A stretch of 56,368 bases of DNA. Origin: Gammaproteobacteria bacterium (GTDB lineage: Bacteria; Pseudomonadota; Gammaproteobacteria; SZUA-152). Shown piece by piece: positions 19,182-29,339 of the stretch. Both the position numbers and the translations under genes were made by a program. Within the stretch, counting starts at the first letter, position 1. Each line of letters starts with the position of its first letter. The stretch is from positions 1 to 56,368 of the forward strand of contig JAADIL010000267.1 of NCBI GenBank assembly GCA_013151355.1, written 5' to 3'. A model generated the notes under the pieces. That model did no database searches. It was given only the letters and a program-made list of their open reading frames with translations, and was not told the DNA's origin.

Positions 19182-20699
19182 TTAATTTTCCAGGGATGCG
19201 AGTTCTGTAACAAGTTCCAGCTCGGACACCATTTGATCAAGTTGATAGTGCGGTTGCAAGTGGATAACACATAAATATTCCCCCGGTCGTGAAGGGTGTT
19301 CTTTTACACGCACTGAAGCTTCTTTCAGGGGATATCTTGCCTGCTCTTCCCAGTTGAGGTCTTCCCGGCCAGTGGTATATTCAAGCAACCAGTCTCGTAA
19401 AAAACGTTGACAGCGATCGGCGGTCGTAAACGAGCCAACTTTATCCCGGATCATTACCTTTATGTAATGTGCAATACGTGAGCCACATAGTACATGTTGC
19501 AGCATGCCAGAAAGCTGGGCATTCGTGCTTGCGGCAGGCTGTTTGTATCTGGTGGATTTATGAATTGACTGATTGTTATACCAGGTTGCATGAGGGGATA
19601 AATAACCCTGGCATAATGGTATAAATCCTAATTCACTTATTTCTTTTTCTGCGGCATCCGTCACAATGACATCGGTAACGGGTTTATGGGCGATTGATTC
19701 CATGTCTGTTTCGAAATGATCAACAGGTAGCTCTGTAACAAGACCGCCAGAGGTATAGTTACGCGGTACTCCACGTATGTGGCCAAACCAGCCAACATTT
19801 ATAAATTCACGAATAAGAATGATGGCAAATGCGTAACAGGCATTGCCCCACAGGTGGTTTTCACCATTTTTACTGGATTTCTCGTAAAAATAAATACCTT
19901 TGTAGCTGCCCGGTGTTTTTCGGTACGGCTGTCGTATTAAAATTCGAGGCAGTGTTAATCCCAGAAAGCGAGAATCTGTTTTTTTTCTTAAGGCATGCCA
20001 TTTGATATATTCTTTTTGACTGAAAATAGTTTTTAGTTTAAATGGAAGACCTAATGCTGAAAAATCTTCCATCCCAAACATATCACTCGAAGCTGAGGTG
20101 ATAAACGGTGCCAAAGAAGCCGCTGCAATTTGTATCATACCTTCCAGTGTTGCCATATCATCATGCGGGCTGTTTTTTGATACCCGGTGACTTATTTCAT
20201 AATCACCAATAATAACGCCATAGGGTTCACCCCCCGGCATGCCGTATTCTTTGCTGTATATTTTGTGGAATAACTGGCTTTGGTCAAATTCCAGGGCTCT
20301 GTCAATGTCCTTGACCACTTCTGGCCAGGAAATATCGAGCATTCTGATTTTGATATTTTGTTTTCCATCGGCTTGTCTCACGAGTAGCCAAAGCCCTCGC
20401 CATGATGCTTCAAGTTTTTGGAATTTGGCGTAATGTATTATGTCATTGACCTGAGTGTTTATTTTCTCGTCGATATCGGCAATGATCCCCAGAATGGCAT
20501 TCTTGATTGTCGATATTGATGTCAGTTTTTTCTCTGGTATGAATGTTTCCACACAATAACGTAATGCTTTACTGTCATCTCTCTCCTGAAGAAATTCGTT
20601 TAAACAGGTGATGTACGCTGGTTGTGAAAGGATGGTGTCAAAGTCGATCCCGCTATGTGCCTGTTTAGTTGCCGGGATTTGTTGTGGTGTTTTTGACAC
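19182..20699 (-). CDS. tssC: Second T6SS sheath large-subunit paralog (TssC-like, 505 aa)
   Basis: It is colinear with the adjacent tssC (KFQKLEASWRGLWLLV.., GGEPYGVIIGDYE.., RIAHYIKVMIRDKVGSF..) but clearly diverged from it. Confidence 0.9.
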   Translation of the reverse strand: MSKTPQQIPATKQAHSGIDFDTILSQPAYITCLNEFLQERDDSKALRYCVETFIPEKKLTSISTIKNAILGIIADIDEKINTQVNDIIHYAKFQKLEASWRGLWLLVRQADGKQNIKIRMLDISWPEVVKDIDRALEFDQSQLFHKIYSKEYGMPGGEPYGVIIGDYEISHRVSKNSPHDDMATLEGMIQIAAASLAPFITSASSDMFGMEDFSALGLPFKLKTIFSQKEYIKWHALRKKTDSRFLGLTLPRILIRQPYRKTPGSYKGIYFYEKSSKNGENHLWGNACYAFAIILIREFINVGWFGHIRGVPRNYTSGGLVTELPVDHFETDMESIAHKPVTDVIVTDAAEKEISELGFIPLCQGYLSPHATWYNNQSIHKSTRYKQPAASTNAQLSGMLQHVLCGSRIAHYIKVMIRDKVGSFTTADRCQRFLRDWLLEYTTGREDLNWEEQARYPLKEASVRVKEHPSRPGEYLCVIHLQPHYQLDQMVSELELVTELASLEN

Positions 20700-20741
20700 G
20701 GGTTGAGTGATTTTTCTGTTTACGTTATGAGGTGAAATCAG

Positions 20742-20763
20742 CTGCCCTCATCCTTGAGGGCAG
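20742..20763 (-). promoter_or_regulatory. Intra-operon stem-loop between the two tssC paralogs
   Basis: A perfect 9-bp stem (ctgccctca / tgagggcag) closes a 4-nt loop inside the 73-nt gap. No U-tract follows it on the transcribed strand. Confidence 0.4.
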
Positions 20764-20772
20764 TTGTTTGCA

Positions 20773-22263
20773 TTAGCCTGCTTTCGGAATATTGGCAACA
20801 AGTCTGAGTGATGCCGTCAACTCTTCCATTTGCAGCCACGGCCGCATCCAGGCAATGGCACTAAAGACACCAGGTTGCCCAGGTACTTCCTTGACCTCAA
20901 TCGAAGCTTCCGCCAATGGGTAACGCGCCTTCATGTCGGGGCTGGCATCCGGGCTGTTGTTGACGTAGTTGGATATCCATTTATTAAGCCACTCTTCTGC
21001 TTCTGAGGCTTCCATAAAAGACCCGACTTTATCGCGCGCCATGACTTTCAAAAAGTGTGCGATTCGTGCGGTTGCCATGATATAGGGCAGGCGAGCCGAT
21101 ATTTCCGAGTTTGCCGTTGCATCCGGATCATCGAACTTCTTCGGTTTTTGCGTGGTTTGCGCACCAAAGAAAACGGCATAGTCGGTATTTTTATAGTGAC
21201 AGAGTGGCAGGAAGCCCAATTTGCTTAATTCTGCTTCTCGTCGATCCGTAATGCCGATTTCAGTCGGACACTTTTGATCCATGTCACCGTCGTCACTCAT
21301 GAAGACGTGGCTTGGCAAACCTTCAACTTTGCCACCACTTTCGGCTCCACGAATGCTTGTACACCAACCATACTCTGCAAAAGAGCGGGCAAGGGTAGTG
21401 CCCATGGAATATGCAGCATTCATCCAGCAATAATTATCGTGATCGTGGCTTGTTTGTCGTCCGTTGTTGTCGATACTGCCTTCTTCAAAATTGAAGGCTT
21501 CAATGGGTTTTGTATCCCTGCCATAGGGCAGGCGGGCGAGAACACGGGGCATTGTCAGGGTGACAAAACGGGAGTCATCGCTGTCACGGAAACTGCGCCA
21601 CTTGATGTATTCCGCAGAATCAAAAATTTTCTCCAGGTCTCGGGGCTTTGATAATTCAGTGAATGATTCAAATCCAAACATTTGCGGCGCAGTCGCGGAT
21701 ATAAATGGACAGAAACCGGCTGCCGCGATATTCGATATATTGGCTAACAGGTCAATATCATCAGGATGCGATGAAAATTCATAATCACCGATCAGGGCGG
21801 CATAGGGTTCACCACCGGCAATACCAAATTCACTCTCATATATTTTTTTGAAGGTTTGACTTTGATCAAACTCAACGGCTTTATCCAGATCGCGTGCAAT
21901 TTCACTTTTGCTGATGTTCATGACACGTATCTTGAGTTGGGAGCTGGTTTCAGAGTTCATTACCAAATGATTAAGTCCACGCCATGAACCTTCCAGCTTT
22001 TTGAATTTTTCATTTTGCATGACAGCAGAGAGCTGGGTTGATAATGCGTTATCAATGGCGTCTATGGCTGAGTTAATGGTGACTGTCAGGTTTTTATCCC
22101 AGGTAACAGTCCCTTTCATTGCTTCCTGAGTCAGGGTTTTCAGTAATTCTTCGGTTTCATCCCGGGGCGTTTGTTTTGTTGCTCCAATTGCCTGTTCCAG
22201 AAAACTGGCTTCCGCAGTGGCTTCGGTTTCTTCCTGCGCATCTGTCTTTTGTTGTTCACTCAT
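20773..22263 (-). CDS. tssC: T6SS contractile sheath large subunit TssC
   Basis: The motifs [30 protein letters not shown] and [17 protein letters not shown] are present. The start abuts the tssB stop. Confidence 0.95.
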   Translation of the reverse strand: MSEQQKTDAQEETEATAEASFLEQAIGATKQTPRDETEELLKTLTQEAMKGTVTWDKNLTVTINSAIDAIDNALSTQLSAVMQNEKFKKLEGSWRGLNHLVMNSETSSQLKIRVMNISKSEIARDLDKAVEFDQSQTFKKIYESEFGIAGGEPYAALIGDYEFSSHPDDIDLLANISNIAAAGFCPFISATAPQMFGFESFTELSKPRDLEKIFDSAEYIKWRSFRDSDDSRFVTLTMPRVLARLPYGRDTKPIEAFNFEEGSIDNNGRQTSHDHDNYCWMNAAYSMGTTLARSFAEYGWCTSIRGAESGGKVEGLPSHVFMSDDGDMDQKCPTEIGITDRREAELSKLGFLPLCHYKNTDYAVFFGAQTTQKPKKFDDPDATANSEISARLPYIMATARIAHFLKVMARDKVGSFMEASEAEEWLNKWISNYVNNSPDASPDMKARYPLAEASIEVKEVPGQPGVFSAIAWMRPWLQMEELTASLRLVANIPKAG

Positions 22264-22790
22264 TATTTATCACCTTCATCATTGCTGCCATCTTTATCAG
22301 TACCCAACTCACCTGATAACGCTGCCAGCGCTTCTGTATTACTCAGGATATCTTCCAGTACATTTTCGAGTTCTTCAGACCGGTCTGCTTTACTCAATAA
22401 ATCCCGTAATTTGTCGCGGGTTTCCATGAGTTTTTTTAACGGTTCAACCTGTTCAACAACCTTGTGAGGTTCGAAATCTTCCATACTTTTGAAATCAAGC
22501 GACACTGACATTTCACTGCCGTCATTTTCCAGGGTATTTCCAACTTTCATGTCGAGTTGAGGCGCGGTTTTTTCCATGATTTCATTGAAGTTATCACGGT
22601 CTATTTGTGAAAATTTTCTGTCCTTGAGGGCTTTTTTATTCTTTGTGTTGTCACCAGAATAATCGCCCATGACGCCCATCACAAAAGGAAGTTCTTTCTC
22701 GCTGACCGCCCCGTTTGTTTCCACATCGTATGTAATATGCACGCGTGGTTTCCGTACCCGTTTTAATTTGTCATGTATGCTGTCAGCCAT
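22263..22790 (-). CDS. tssB: T6SS contractile sheath small subunit TssB
   Basis: [28 protein letters not shown] is the TssB signature. Confidence 0.95.
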   Translation of the reverse strand: MADSIHDKLKRVRKPRVHITYDVETNGAVSEKELPFVMGVMGDYSGDNTKNKKALKDRKFSQIDRDNFNEIMEKTAPQLDMKVGNTLENDGSEMSVSLDFKSMEDFEPHKVVEQVEPLKKLMETRDKLRDLLSKADRSEELENVLEDILSNTEALAALSGELGTDKDGSNDEGDK

Positions 22791-22856
22791 TGAGGGTTCC
22801 TCCGTATATAACTATTATGTAAGTAACTGTTTGTGTGTTGCTGCCTGATTCAGGTT

Positions 22857-23960
22857 TTAATCATCATTCATCCGTACGCCGGTCAGTGAGCTGTAGGTTG
22901 TTCGTGAAGATGAATCCGGTATTAATTCATTGATCAACTCGTCGAGTGACATTCCGCCCCAGGTTACCGCTCTGTCAAGGATGTATGATATCGGCGAATG
23001 CGGCTCTGTTCTACGAAAAAAGTCTGAAATACTGGCTAATTGCCTGAAGGCCTCGTCACGCGAGCCGGGAGCACCAGCAGGAATTGCTGGATCAGAAGGT
23101 TCGGAATGCGGTTGTTCATCGGGTAAATCATCGTTGAGCGGGGTCGTCGCCGGAAATTTGTGTTTCGCAATGTGATTGATTGCGCTTAACGTTTCTTCCA
23201 AAAGCTCGATGATTTTACTGGTGGGTGGTGCATCATGGCTGCCACAGTGCTCGCTCAACAGGCTATTTATGTTTCGATATTCAGTGAGGCATTCCGCAAC
23301 ATCGTCCCGCAGGTCTCCAAACCAGGTTGAGGAGGATTGCTCAACTGCGCTGTCGATGTCATCCATACTGAAACCGACTTTCGATATCTGCTCCGAACGG
23401 GCTTTGGCATCAGAAAGTCGTTTTATATCGACAGCTTGTTTGTACTGCCAGAGACTAAAGGGGCCTGGCTGAATATCATCTGTGATGTGAGTACTTCGAA
23501 TCGGGGCAAGTAACACACCTTCCGTCCCTTCACCATTCAGGCCGGATATTGCCGCAACGCGTGTCTCGATTCCATCTTCGTCCTCTACGGGATATAAACC
23601 TTCATGCCAATATTGTTCGATTAACTGCCGGATAAGGCTAAACCCGTCTCTGAGTCCCTGAAAGCCTGCTTTTCGTACCAGTGCTTCTGTATACCAGCAC
23701 GCAACTTCAATATCTTTAGCTTCGGACGACAAAATTTTGGGCGCTAATATTGCAATTTTATTCCAGTTTTCAATGGCTTCTGTACTACCGCCATCAAACA
23801 TACTATTACGTTCAGCTGCCCTTGCCGAATTTCGGGTGCTTTTGATTTCTGCATACATTGATGAGGGCGAAGGGTTATTCCGAACATCTTCACCAACAGC
23901 ATTTTCTTCAGATATCGGTTGCATTAATGTAGTGATATCAATTAGTGCTGGTGATGACAT
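22857..23960 (-). CDS. tssA: T6SS protein TssA (ImpA N-terminal domain)
   Basis: It has an ImpA_N-type N-terminus (LMQPISEENAVGEDVRNNP..YAEIKSTR). It is the first gene of the minus-strand operon. Confidence 0.9.
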   Translation of the reverse strand: MSSPALIDITTLMQPISEENAVGEDVRNNPSPSSMYAEIKSTRNSARAAERNSMFDGGSTEAIENWNKIAILAPKILSSEAKDIEVACWYTEALVRKAGFQGLRDGFSLIRQLIEQYWHEGLYPVEDEDGIETRVAAISGLNGEGTEGVLLAPIRSTHITDDIQPGPFSLWQYKQAVDIKRLSDAKARSEQISKVGFSMDDIDSAVEQSSSTWFGDLRDDVAECLTEYRNINSLLSEHCGSHDAPPTSKIIELLEETLSAINHIAKHKFPATTPLNDDLPDEQPHSEPSDPAIPAGAPGSRDEAFRQLASISDFFRRTEPHSPISYILDRAVTWGGMSLDELINELIPDSSSRTTYSSLTGVRMNDD

Positions 23961-24707
23961 TTACCTCTCCTGCAACTCCGGATGACCGGGAGTTTGTGCC
24001 TGAATATTGTTGTGAAAAATTTGGGGCGCAAGAGCGATAAACCCGAGGTTTCCAGAACTGCGCAATTATACATAGTAAATTCACGTAAATTTAAACAAAT
24101 TTGTGCATCACAAACTTGCCGCTTGCGATGTATATACCGACGCAGTATAAATTTACGAGCCCTCTCTCTTGTGACGTTTCTGTGACGTAGAGTATGTTAT
24201 ACCAATAAATTTAACCACTTAACTCCATTAACCAGTGTTGTTTATAAGGTATCACGGAGGTCAAGTAAAGCCTTGCACGGCGCGGAATATCGGGATTTTC
24301 GGTTTTTTACCGGTGCATAATCCCTGAACAAATGGGTGGTGACTTCCTGTATGGCCGAAGCAGCTCCGATGGTAATGAGTAATATGGTCTGTGGCCACTA
24401 CAAAATAGTGGTGATATGCACCATTTTGGCAAGACCATTTTGGCAAGTCTGCGACAGTTGTAACCCGGATATATGACCCGGACAGTTTTATTTTTCGGCA
24501 TGCAAACAGATTGTATTTATTAAATAAATACAATGAGTTAAGTTTATTATGTGCATTTTTCGAGCAACCATATACCTCACCGGATAAAATTTGTACGGAT
24601 TGCACAGCGGCACGGTTTCGCTGAAAATAAGGAATAATGACAATGTGTAATCAGGTATATTGCGGGTCCAACGGAAATGTACGGGTAGAGGTTAAGGTGT
24701 TAAGTGT
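23961..24707. promoter_or_regulatory. 747-bp divergent T6SS control region (tssA <-> tagH)
   Basis: No credible ORF is present. The region contains a near-palindrome at 24096-24118, TGTGACGT x2 with 11-bp phasing at 24170-24188, a 14-bp tandem duplication at 24421-24448, and a perfect 11-bp inverted repeat at 24511-24533. Confidence 0.7.
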
Positions 24708-26279
24708 ATGCCTATTGATATAACAATCATAAAGTCCCCGGAAAATGTGAGTAATGCTGAAACAAGCTTCACATTTTCCGAGAGCGGGGGCAGTTTGGGG
24801 CGTGGCCCGGATAATACCTGGGTATTGGATGACCCGGATAAATATATGTCATCTGTGCACTCGCGAATTGGCTTTGAAAATGGGCGATATATCCTCATTG
24901 ATGTCAGCACCAACGGGACATTTTTGAATGGCTCATCAGAGCCTCTGGGAAAGGGGAATAAAATCATTCTCGCCGAAGGGGATCGCTTCGTCCTCAGTGA
25001 TTACGAATTTATTGTCAATTTTCGTGATGCACACTTTCCGGATGCAAACAAGGCCAACGAGGATTTATTGAATCAACCAATAAACCAGGGGCCATTTCCA
25101 GAGGCGAATATTTCGGAAAATAATGATATCGGGGGTGCAACAGGGGAGAACTTATTTTCACAGAATGATCCATTCGCTGCCCCTGCAAATAATTATGTGC
25201 CATTGCCAGACGCAATGCCTGGTTTTGACACGGCAGAAACTGACCCATTGGCAGTGCTGGACAAGGCAAGCTCCAATAATAATCAGCCACCGTTGCAAAA
25301 TAATCTGTTTGTCAACACGTTGACTGATGACAGTGCTGCCGATCGTGGTAGAGCCATGAATGATTCAGTCGAGTGGCCAAATTCAAATATAGAATCAGGC
25401 GCTATTCCAGATAACTGGTACGATGACGACGAGCCCGACGATCCGGCTACTTCTTCGGGTCATGCTGTACCGTCATTTGAAACTACTCTTGATCATCCGC
25501 CCGACAACAGCTTTTCCAACATGGAGGCGTTGGCAAAACTGGAAAATGAACGCCTGTCGCTGGAAAACGAGAATAAAAAATTAATAACTGATGTGGCCCG
25601 ACTCAAGCAATATATTAAAAAACAGAATGCCAGCAGTAAAACTGGCGAGCAGAGGGAAAAACGCACGATTACCGCAATGGATAAAACATTAATCGAGGCA
25701 TTGGGTTTTTCGGAAAAAAATCTGGATACGGATAAAGTACTGGAAATCAGTGAAACGGTAGGCCTGTTGGTGCGAGAAACAATGGAAGGGATGATGCGAG
25801 TCCTGAGTTTCAGAAAGAAAATCAAGGAAGAATTCAGGATTAATGTGACAACCATACAGCCTGTAGAAAATAACCCGTTAAAGTTTTCGGCGAACATTGA
25901 TGATGCAATGGAAAATATGTTTATTAAAGAAAATAATGCCTACAAAGAACCCATAGAGGCGGTACGCGAAGGGTTTCAGGGTATTGCTGAACATCAGGTT
26001 GCTGTACTCGCCGGCATGCAGGCCGCATTTCGAGGCATGCTGGAAAGGTTTGACCCGGATACACTTGAGAAAAGGTTTGAGAAATATAAAAAATCCGGCT
26101 TGATCCAGATTGGAAAAAATCGAAAAAACTGGGACTCTTACAAGGCATATCACGCTGAACTGGCAGGAAATCTGGATAATTCTTTCCAGTATTTATTCGG
26201 ATACGATTTTGTACAGGCATATGAAGAACAGATGCAACGTTTAGTGATTGCAAGAAATACAAATACAAATAAAAAGTAG
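24708..26279 (+). CDS. tagH: T6SS-associated FHA-domain protein TagH (Fha)
   Basis: It has an N-terminal FHA domain (LGRGPDNTWVLDDPDKYMSSVHSRIGFENGRYILIDVSTNGTFLNG). A low-complexity linker and a conserved TagH-type C-terminal region follow. Confidence 0.9.
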   Translation: MPIDITIIKSPENVSNAETSFTFSESGGSLGRGPDNTWVLDDPDKYMSSVHSRIGFENGRYILIDVSTNGTFLNGSSEPLGKGNKIILAEGDRFVLSDYEFIVNFRDAHFPDANKANEDLLNQPINQGPFPEANISENNDIGGATGENLFSQNDPFAAPANNYVPLPDAMPGFDTAETDPLAVLDKASSNNNQPPLQNNLFVNTLTDDSAADRGRAMNDSVEWPNSNIESGAIPDNWYDDDEPDDPATSSGHAVPSFETTLDHPPDNSFSNMEALAKLENERLSLENENKKLITDVARLKQYIKKQNASSKTGEQREKRTITAMDKTLIEALGFSEKNLDTDKVLEISETVGLLVRETMEGMMRVLSFRKKIKEEFRINVTTIQPVENNPLKFSANIDDAMENMFIKENNAYKEPIEAVREGFQGIAEHQVAVLAGMQAAFRGMLERFDPDTLEKRFEKYKKSGLIQIGKNRKNWDSYKAYHAELAGNLDNSFQYLFGYDFVQAYEEQMQRLVIARNTNTNKK

Positions 26280-26307
26280 ATGTTTTATTAAATTTCAGGG
26301 AATTACC

Positions 26308-26859
26308 ATGTATTTATCACGTATCATCAAGCTGATCATAATGGGTTTTGTGCTTCTGGCGGGCACCGCCTGTACCGCACTAAACACAAAAGTAGGAGAC
26401 GCACTGGGTCTTGATTCAGATCTGCTTGTTTCCTTTTTTGTTGATGCAGATGTGAACCCGGATGACAATAAAATTTCGTCACCGCTGATTATCAGAATGT
26501 ATGAACTTAAATCACCCAGGTTATTTAAAAAAGCAAATTTCATCGATATTTATGAAAAGGATGCAGAAGTGCTGGGTGCCGACCTGGTGGCCAAACAAAG
26601 GCTTAAACATATACAACCGGGAGAAAATCGAAAAGTCAGTTTCGTTTTGAGCAAAGAAACAGAATATGTCGGATTGTTCGCTGAATTCCTGCAATATAAA
26701 AATGCGGAATATAAAATCATCATACCCATTGCCAAAACCAACGTATTTAGTTCATCAGCAGATATAAAGCTGTCTGGCAATCAATTAATGCTTGTCAATA
26801 ACACAAATGATGAAACAATCCATACAGAAGACTCTGATGAATCCGAAGACCAGTTTTGA
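26308..26859 (+). CDS. tssJ: T6SS outer-membrane lipoprotein TssJ
   Basis: An internal Met at 26308 is preceded by AGGGA and gives MYLSRIIKLIIMGFVLLAGTAC, which carries a lipobox. The size and position fit TssJ. Confidence 0.85.
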   Translation: MYLSRIIKLIIMGFVLLAGTACTALNTKVGDALGLDSDLLVSFFVDADVNPDDNKISSPLIIRMYELKSPRLFKKANFIDIYEKDAEVLGADLVAKQRLKHIQPGENRKVSFVLSKETEYVGLFAEFLQYKNAEYKIIIPIAKTNVFSSSADIKLSGNQLMLVNNTNDETIHTEDSDESEDQF

Positions 26860-26999
26860 TCTGACGGCATTGAATACCTGAATCTTGATCGCTACGGGTA
26901 TATTTCCCACAAGCTCTTGACAGCCGATGCTGATAATTACTGTATTTGTATCAACAAATATCTTGAAAATCATTTTATAAAAACCCCAGGCAGAAATTC

Positions 27000-28334
27000 A
27001 TGTCACTAGATAATAAAGTCATTTGGTCAGAGGGAATGTTTCTCAATCCCCATCATTTTCAGCAACAGGAACGTTATATCGAACGTTATATTGATGGAAA
27101 ATGCTCAGCACACGGGGCATATGGCTGGGGCATACATCACCTTGAGATTGACCAGGAATTGCTCAAGCTGGGGAAGATTTCACTCATTAATGCAAAAGGT
27201 GTTTTCCCCGACGGAACCCCTTTCAGTTTTCCTGACCAAAATGACTTGCCTCCTGTTTTTGAAGTCCCCGAAAATACGCATGACAAAATTGTTTATCTGG
27301 CCGTTCCGGTTAAACGCCCCGGAGCCATTGATGTCTTGCCCGAAAATGAAACACAGGGGCTTGCACGTTATTATTCTTCAAAACAGAGTGCCAGAGATAT
27401 TTCTGTAGAGGGGGGAGACAACGTAGAAATTGATATCGGGAAACTCAGGATGCGCCTGCTGCTAGAATCCGATGACATGAGTGGTTATGCAGGAATCGGT
27501 ATTCTGCGAATATCGGAAGCCAGAGAAGATAAAAATATATTGCTTGATGAGGAATATATCCCCACCTGTTTTGACTGTCATGCGTCACTGAAACTTTCCG
27601 GGTTCCTGTCTGAACTGGCAGGTTTATTACACCATCGTGGTGAATCTATCGCGGGTCGTCTGGCGGATACCCAACGTGGAGGCACGGCAGAAATTGCCGA
27701 TTATATGTTGTTGCAACTGGTCAACCGACTGGAGCCACTTACCACGCATTTGTCACAAATGCAGGGGTTACATCCCGTTGAGCTTTATTCTGAAGTCGTG
27801 CAAATGGTAGGGGAGCTCTCAACGTTTGTAACAACCAGCAAACGTCCCCCGGTTTTTCCGCCCTTTATGCACGATAATTTACAAACCACATTTGTTCCCG
27901 TTATCAATGCACTTCGTCAATGTCTCAGTATGGTCTATGAGCAAACGGCAGCAGCACTTCCATTGGTCGAGAAAAAATTCGGCATTCGTGTGGCACAAAT
28001 AACAGACCGTACATTGATTGACAGCGCCATGTTTGTTTTGGCAGTGCGCGCAAACATACCGGAAAATAAAATCCAGACACTTTTCCCTGCCCAGGTAAAA
28101 GTGGGGCCGGTAGATCGCATCAGGCAACTGGTTAATGCCGCAATGCCTGGCATACCATTAAAAGTGTTACCTGTTGCACCCCGTCAAATACCCTATCACT
28201 CGGGTTACACGTATTTTGAATTTGAACGAAACAATAATTATTGGAAAGAACTTAGACATTCTGGTGGCATTGCTTTGCATATTGGCGGCGATTTCCCCGG
28301 GTTGGAACTTGAACTCTGGACAATCAGACAATAA
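27000..28334 (+). CDS. tssK: T6SS baseplate protein TssK
   Basis: The N-terminus (VIWSEGMFLNPHHFQQQERY) is the TssK signature. Confidence 0.95.
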   Translation: MSLDNKVIWSEGMFLNPHHFQQQERYIERYIDGKCSAHGAYGWGIHHLEIDQELLKLGKISLINAKGVFPDGTPFSFPDQNDLPPVFEVPENTHDKIVYLAVPVKRPGAIDVLPENETQGLARYYSSKQSARDISVEGGDNVEIDIGKLRMRLLLESDDMSGYAGIGILRISEAREDKNILLDEEYIPTCFDCHASLKLSGFLSELAGLLHHRGESIAGRLADTQRGGTAEIADYMLLQLVNRLEPLTTHLSQMQGLHPVELYSEVVQMVGELSTFVTTSKRPPVFPPFMHDNLQTTFVPVINALRQCLSMVYEQTAAALPLVEKKFGIRVAQITDRTLIDSAMFVLAVRANIPENKIQTLFPAQVKVGPVDRIRQLVNAAMPGIPLKVLPVAPRQIPYHSGYTYFEFERNNNYWKELRHSGGIALHIGGDFPGLELELWTIRQ

Positions 28335-28362
28335 TTTTGTGCACATCATTCAGGAGTAATTA

Positions 28363-29298
28363 ATGTCTTCAGATAATTCGGACAAGACCGTCTTCAGGCA
28401 ACCCGTGAACAAGGGAGATGGCACTGTTGTTCGTCCAATGCCAGGAGGGCGGGCTTCGAGTAACCATATGCCCCCTCCCGATTCCCCGGCTGTTGCACAG
28501 CAAAATCCGTCTTATATGCAACAACCGCCCTCGGGCCATGCGCGTCATCAAAATGCTGATTTTAATGTTGCTCAATTTCAAACGACTTTTGGGCTTAATC
28601 CTCTGGTAAACGCTTCAGCAGTACTGATAGCCGTATTTACGAAAACACGGGAGACGGTTACGCATCCAAATGTTGGCGGATTACACCAGCAGCTGGTGAG
28701 CGAACTTAAATTATTTGAGGAAAAATCAAAAGAAGCGGGAATCAAACCGGAAATTATACTGGCGGCCCGCTATTTATTATGTACGATTCTTGATGAAGCC
28801 GTACTCAATACGCCCTGGGGTGCGGAGAGTGCATGGACGCAAAGAACACTGTTAAGTGTCTTTCATAATGAAACGGAGGGTGGAGAAAAATTTTTTATCA
28901 TACTGGACAGAATGCGTAATTCACCGGCCGAAAATATCGATATTCTGGAGCTGATGTATATTTTCCTCAGTTTGGGATACGAAGGCAAGTACCGTGTAGT
29001 ACACCAGGGCAGAGACTTGCTGGAACAACTACGGGATGAGTTGTTCCAGATAATCAGAAGACATCGTGGTGAATATGAACGCACGTTATCTCCCCGTTGG
29101 CAAGGATTGGGTAAAATACGCAATACGCTGACCCAATACGTTCCGATGTGGGTCGTTGCCAGCATTGTTGGCGGAATACTGGTTTTAAGTTATTCAGGAT
29201 TAAGGTACTGGATGCATGAATCAACCAATGATGTTGCAAGACAATTAACAGAAATATCGACGACTGATCTCACCAGGAAAAAAATCAGTGTGCAGTAA
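28363..29298 (+). CDS. tssL: T6SS membrane protein TssL (DotU family), with an N-terminal extension and no OmpA-like domain
   Basis: It has a DotU core (NPLVNASAVLIAV.., ARYLLCTILDEAVLNTPWG) and a single C-terminal TM segment (MWVVASIVGGILVLSYSGL). Confidence 0.9.
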   Translation: MSSDNSDKTVFRQPVNKGDGTVVRPMPGGRASSNHMPPPDSPAVAQQNPSYMQQPPSGHARHQNADFNVAQFQTTFGLNPLVNASAVLIAVFTKTRETVTHPNVGGLHQQLVSELKLFEEKSKEAGIKPEIILAARYLLCTILDEAVLNTPWGAESAWTQRTLLSVFHNETEGGEKFFIILDRMRNSPAENIDILELMYIFLSLGYEGKYRVVHQGRDLLEQLRDELFQIIRRHRGEYERTLSPRWQGLGKIRNTLTQYVPMWVVASIVGGILVLSYSGLRYWMHESTNDVARQLTEISTTDLTRKKISVQ

Positions 29299-29339
29299 CA
29301 TTTATTGTAAACCAAAGCATTGTAAACCCGAGTAAAGAT

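Noticed and set aside
24421-24448. A tandem 14-bp repeat, considered as a possible minimal CRISPR or iteron array.
   Set aside because: There are only two directly abutting copies with no spacers. It is a simple duplication or operator, not a CRISPR array.
24261-24605. A 114-aa minus-strand ORF, plus a nested 64-aa ORF, inside the T6SS divergent intergenic region.
   Set aside because: It has no Shine-Dalgarno sequence, is Cys/His/Tyr-rich with odd composition, and spans the tandem duplication and the palindrome. It is more likely non-coding regulatory DNA.
24608-24622. A sigma54-like element (cGGCACggtttcGCtg) about 85 nt upstream of tagH.
   Set aside because: The GG and GC dinucleotides are separated by 9 nt, not the strict 10 nt, and the -12 region lacks TTGC. 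It is not convincing without experimental support.
26917-26945. A perfect -35 hexamer (TTGACA) in the tssJ-tssK gap, considered as an internal promoter.
   Set aside because: No acceptable -10 hexamer lies at a 16-18 bp spacing. GATAAT is only 9 nt away.
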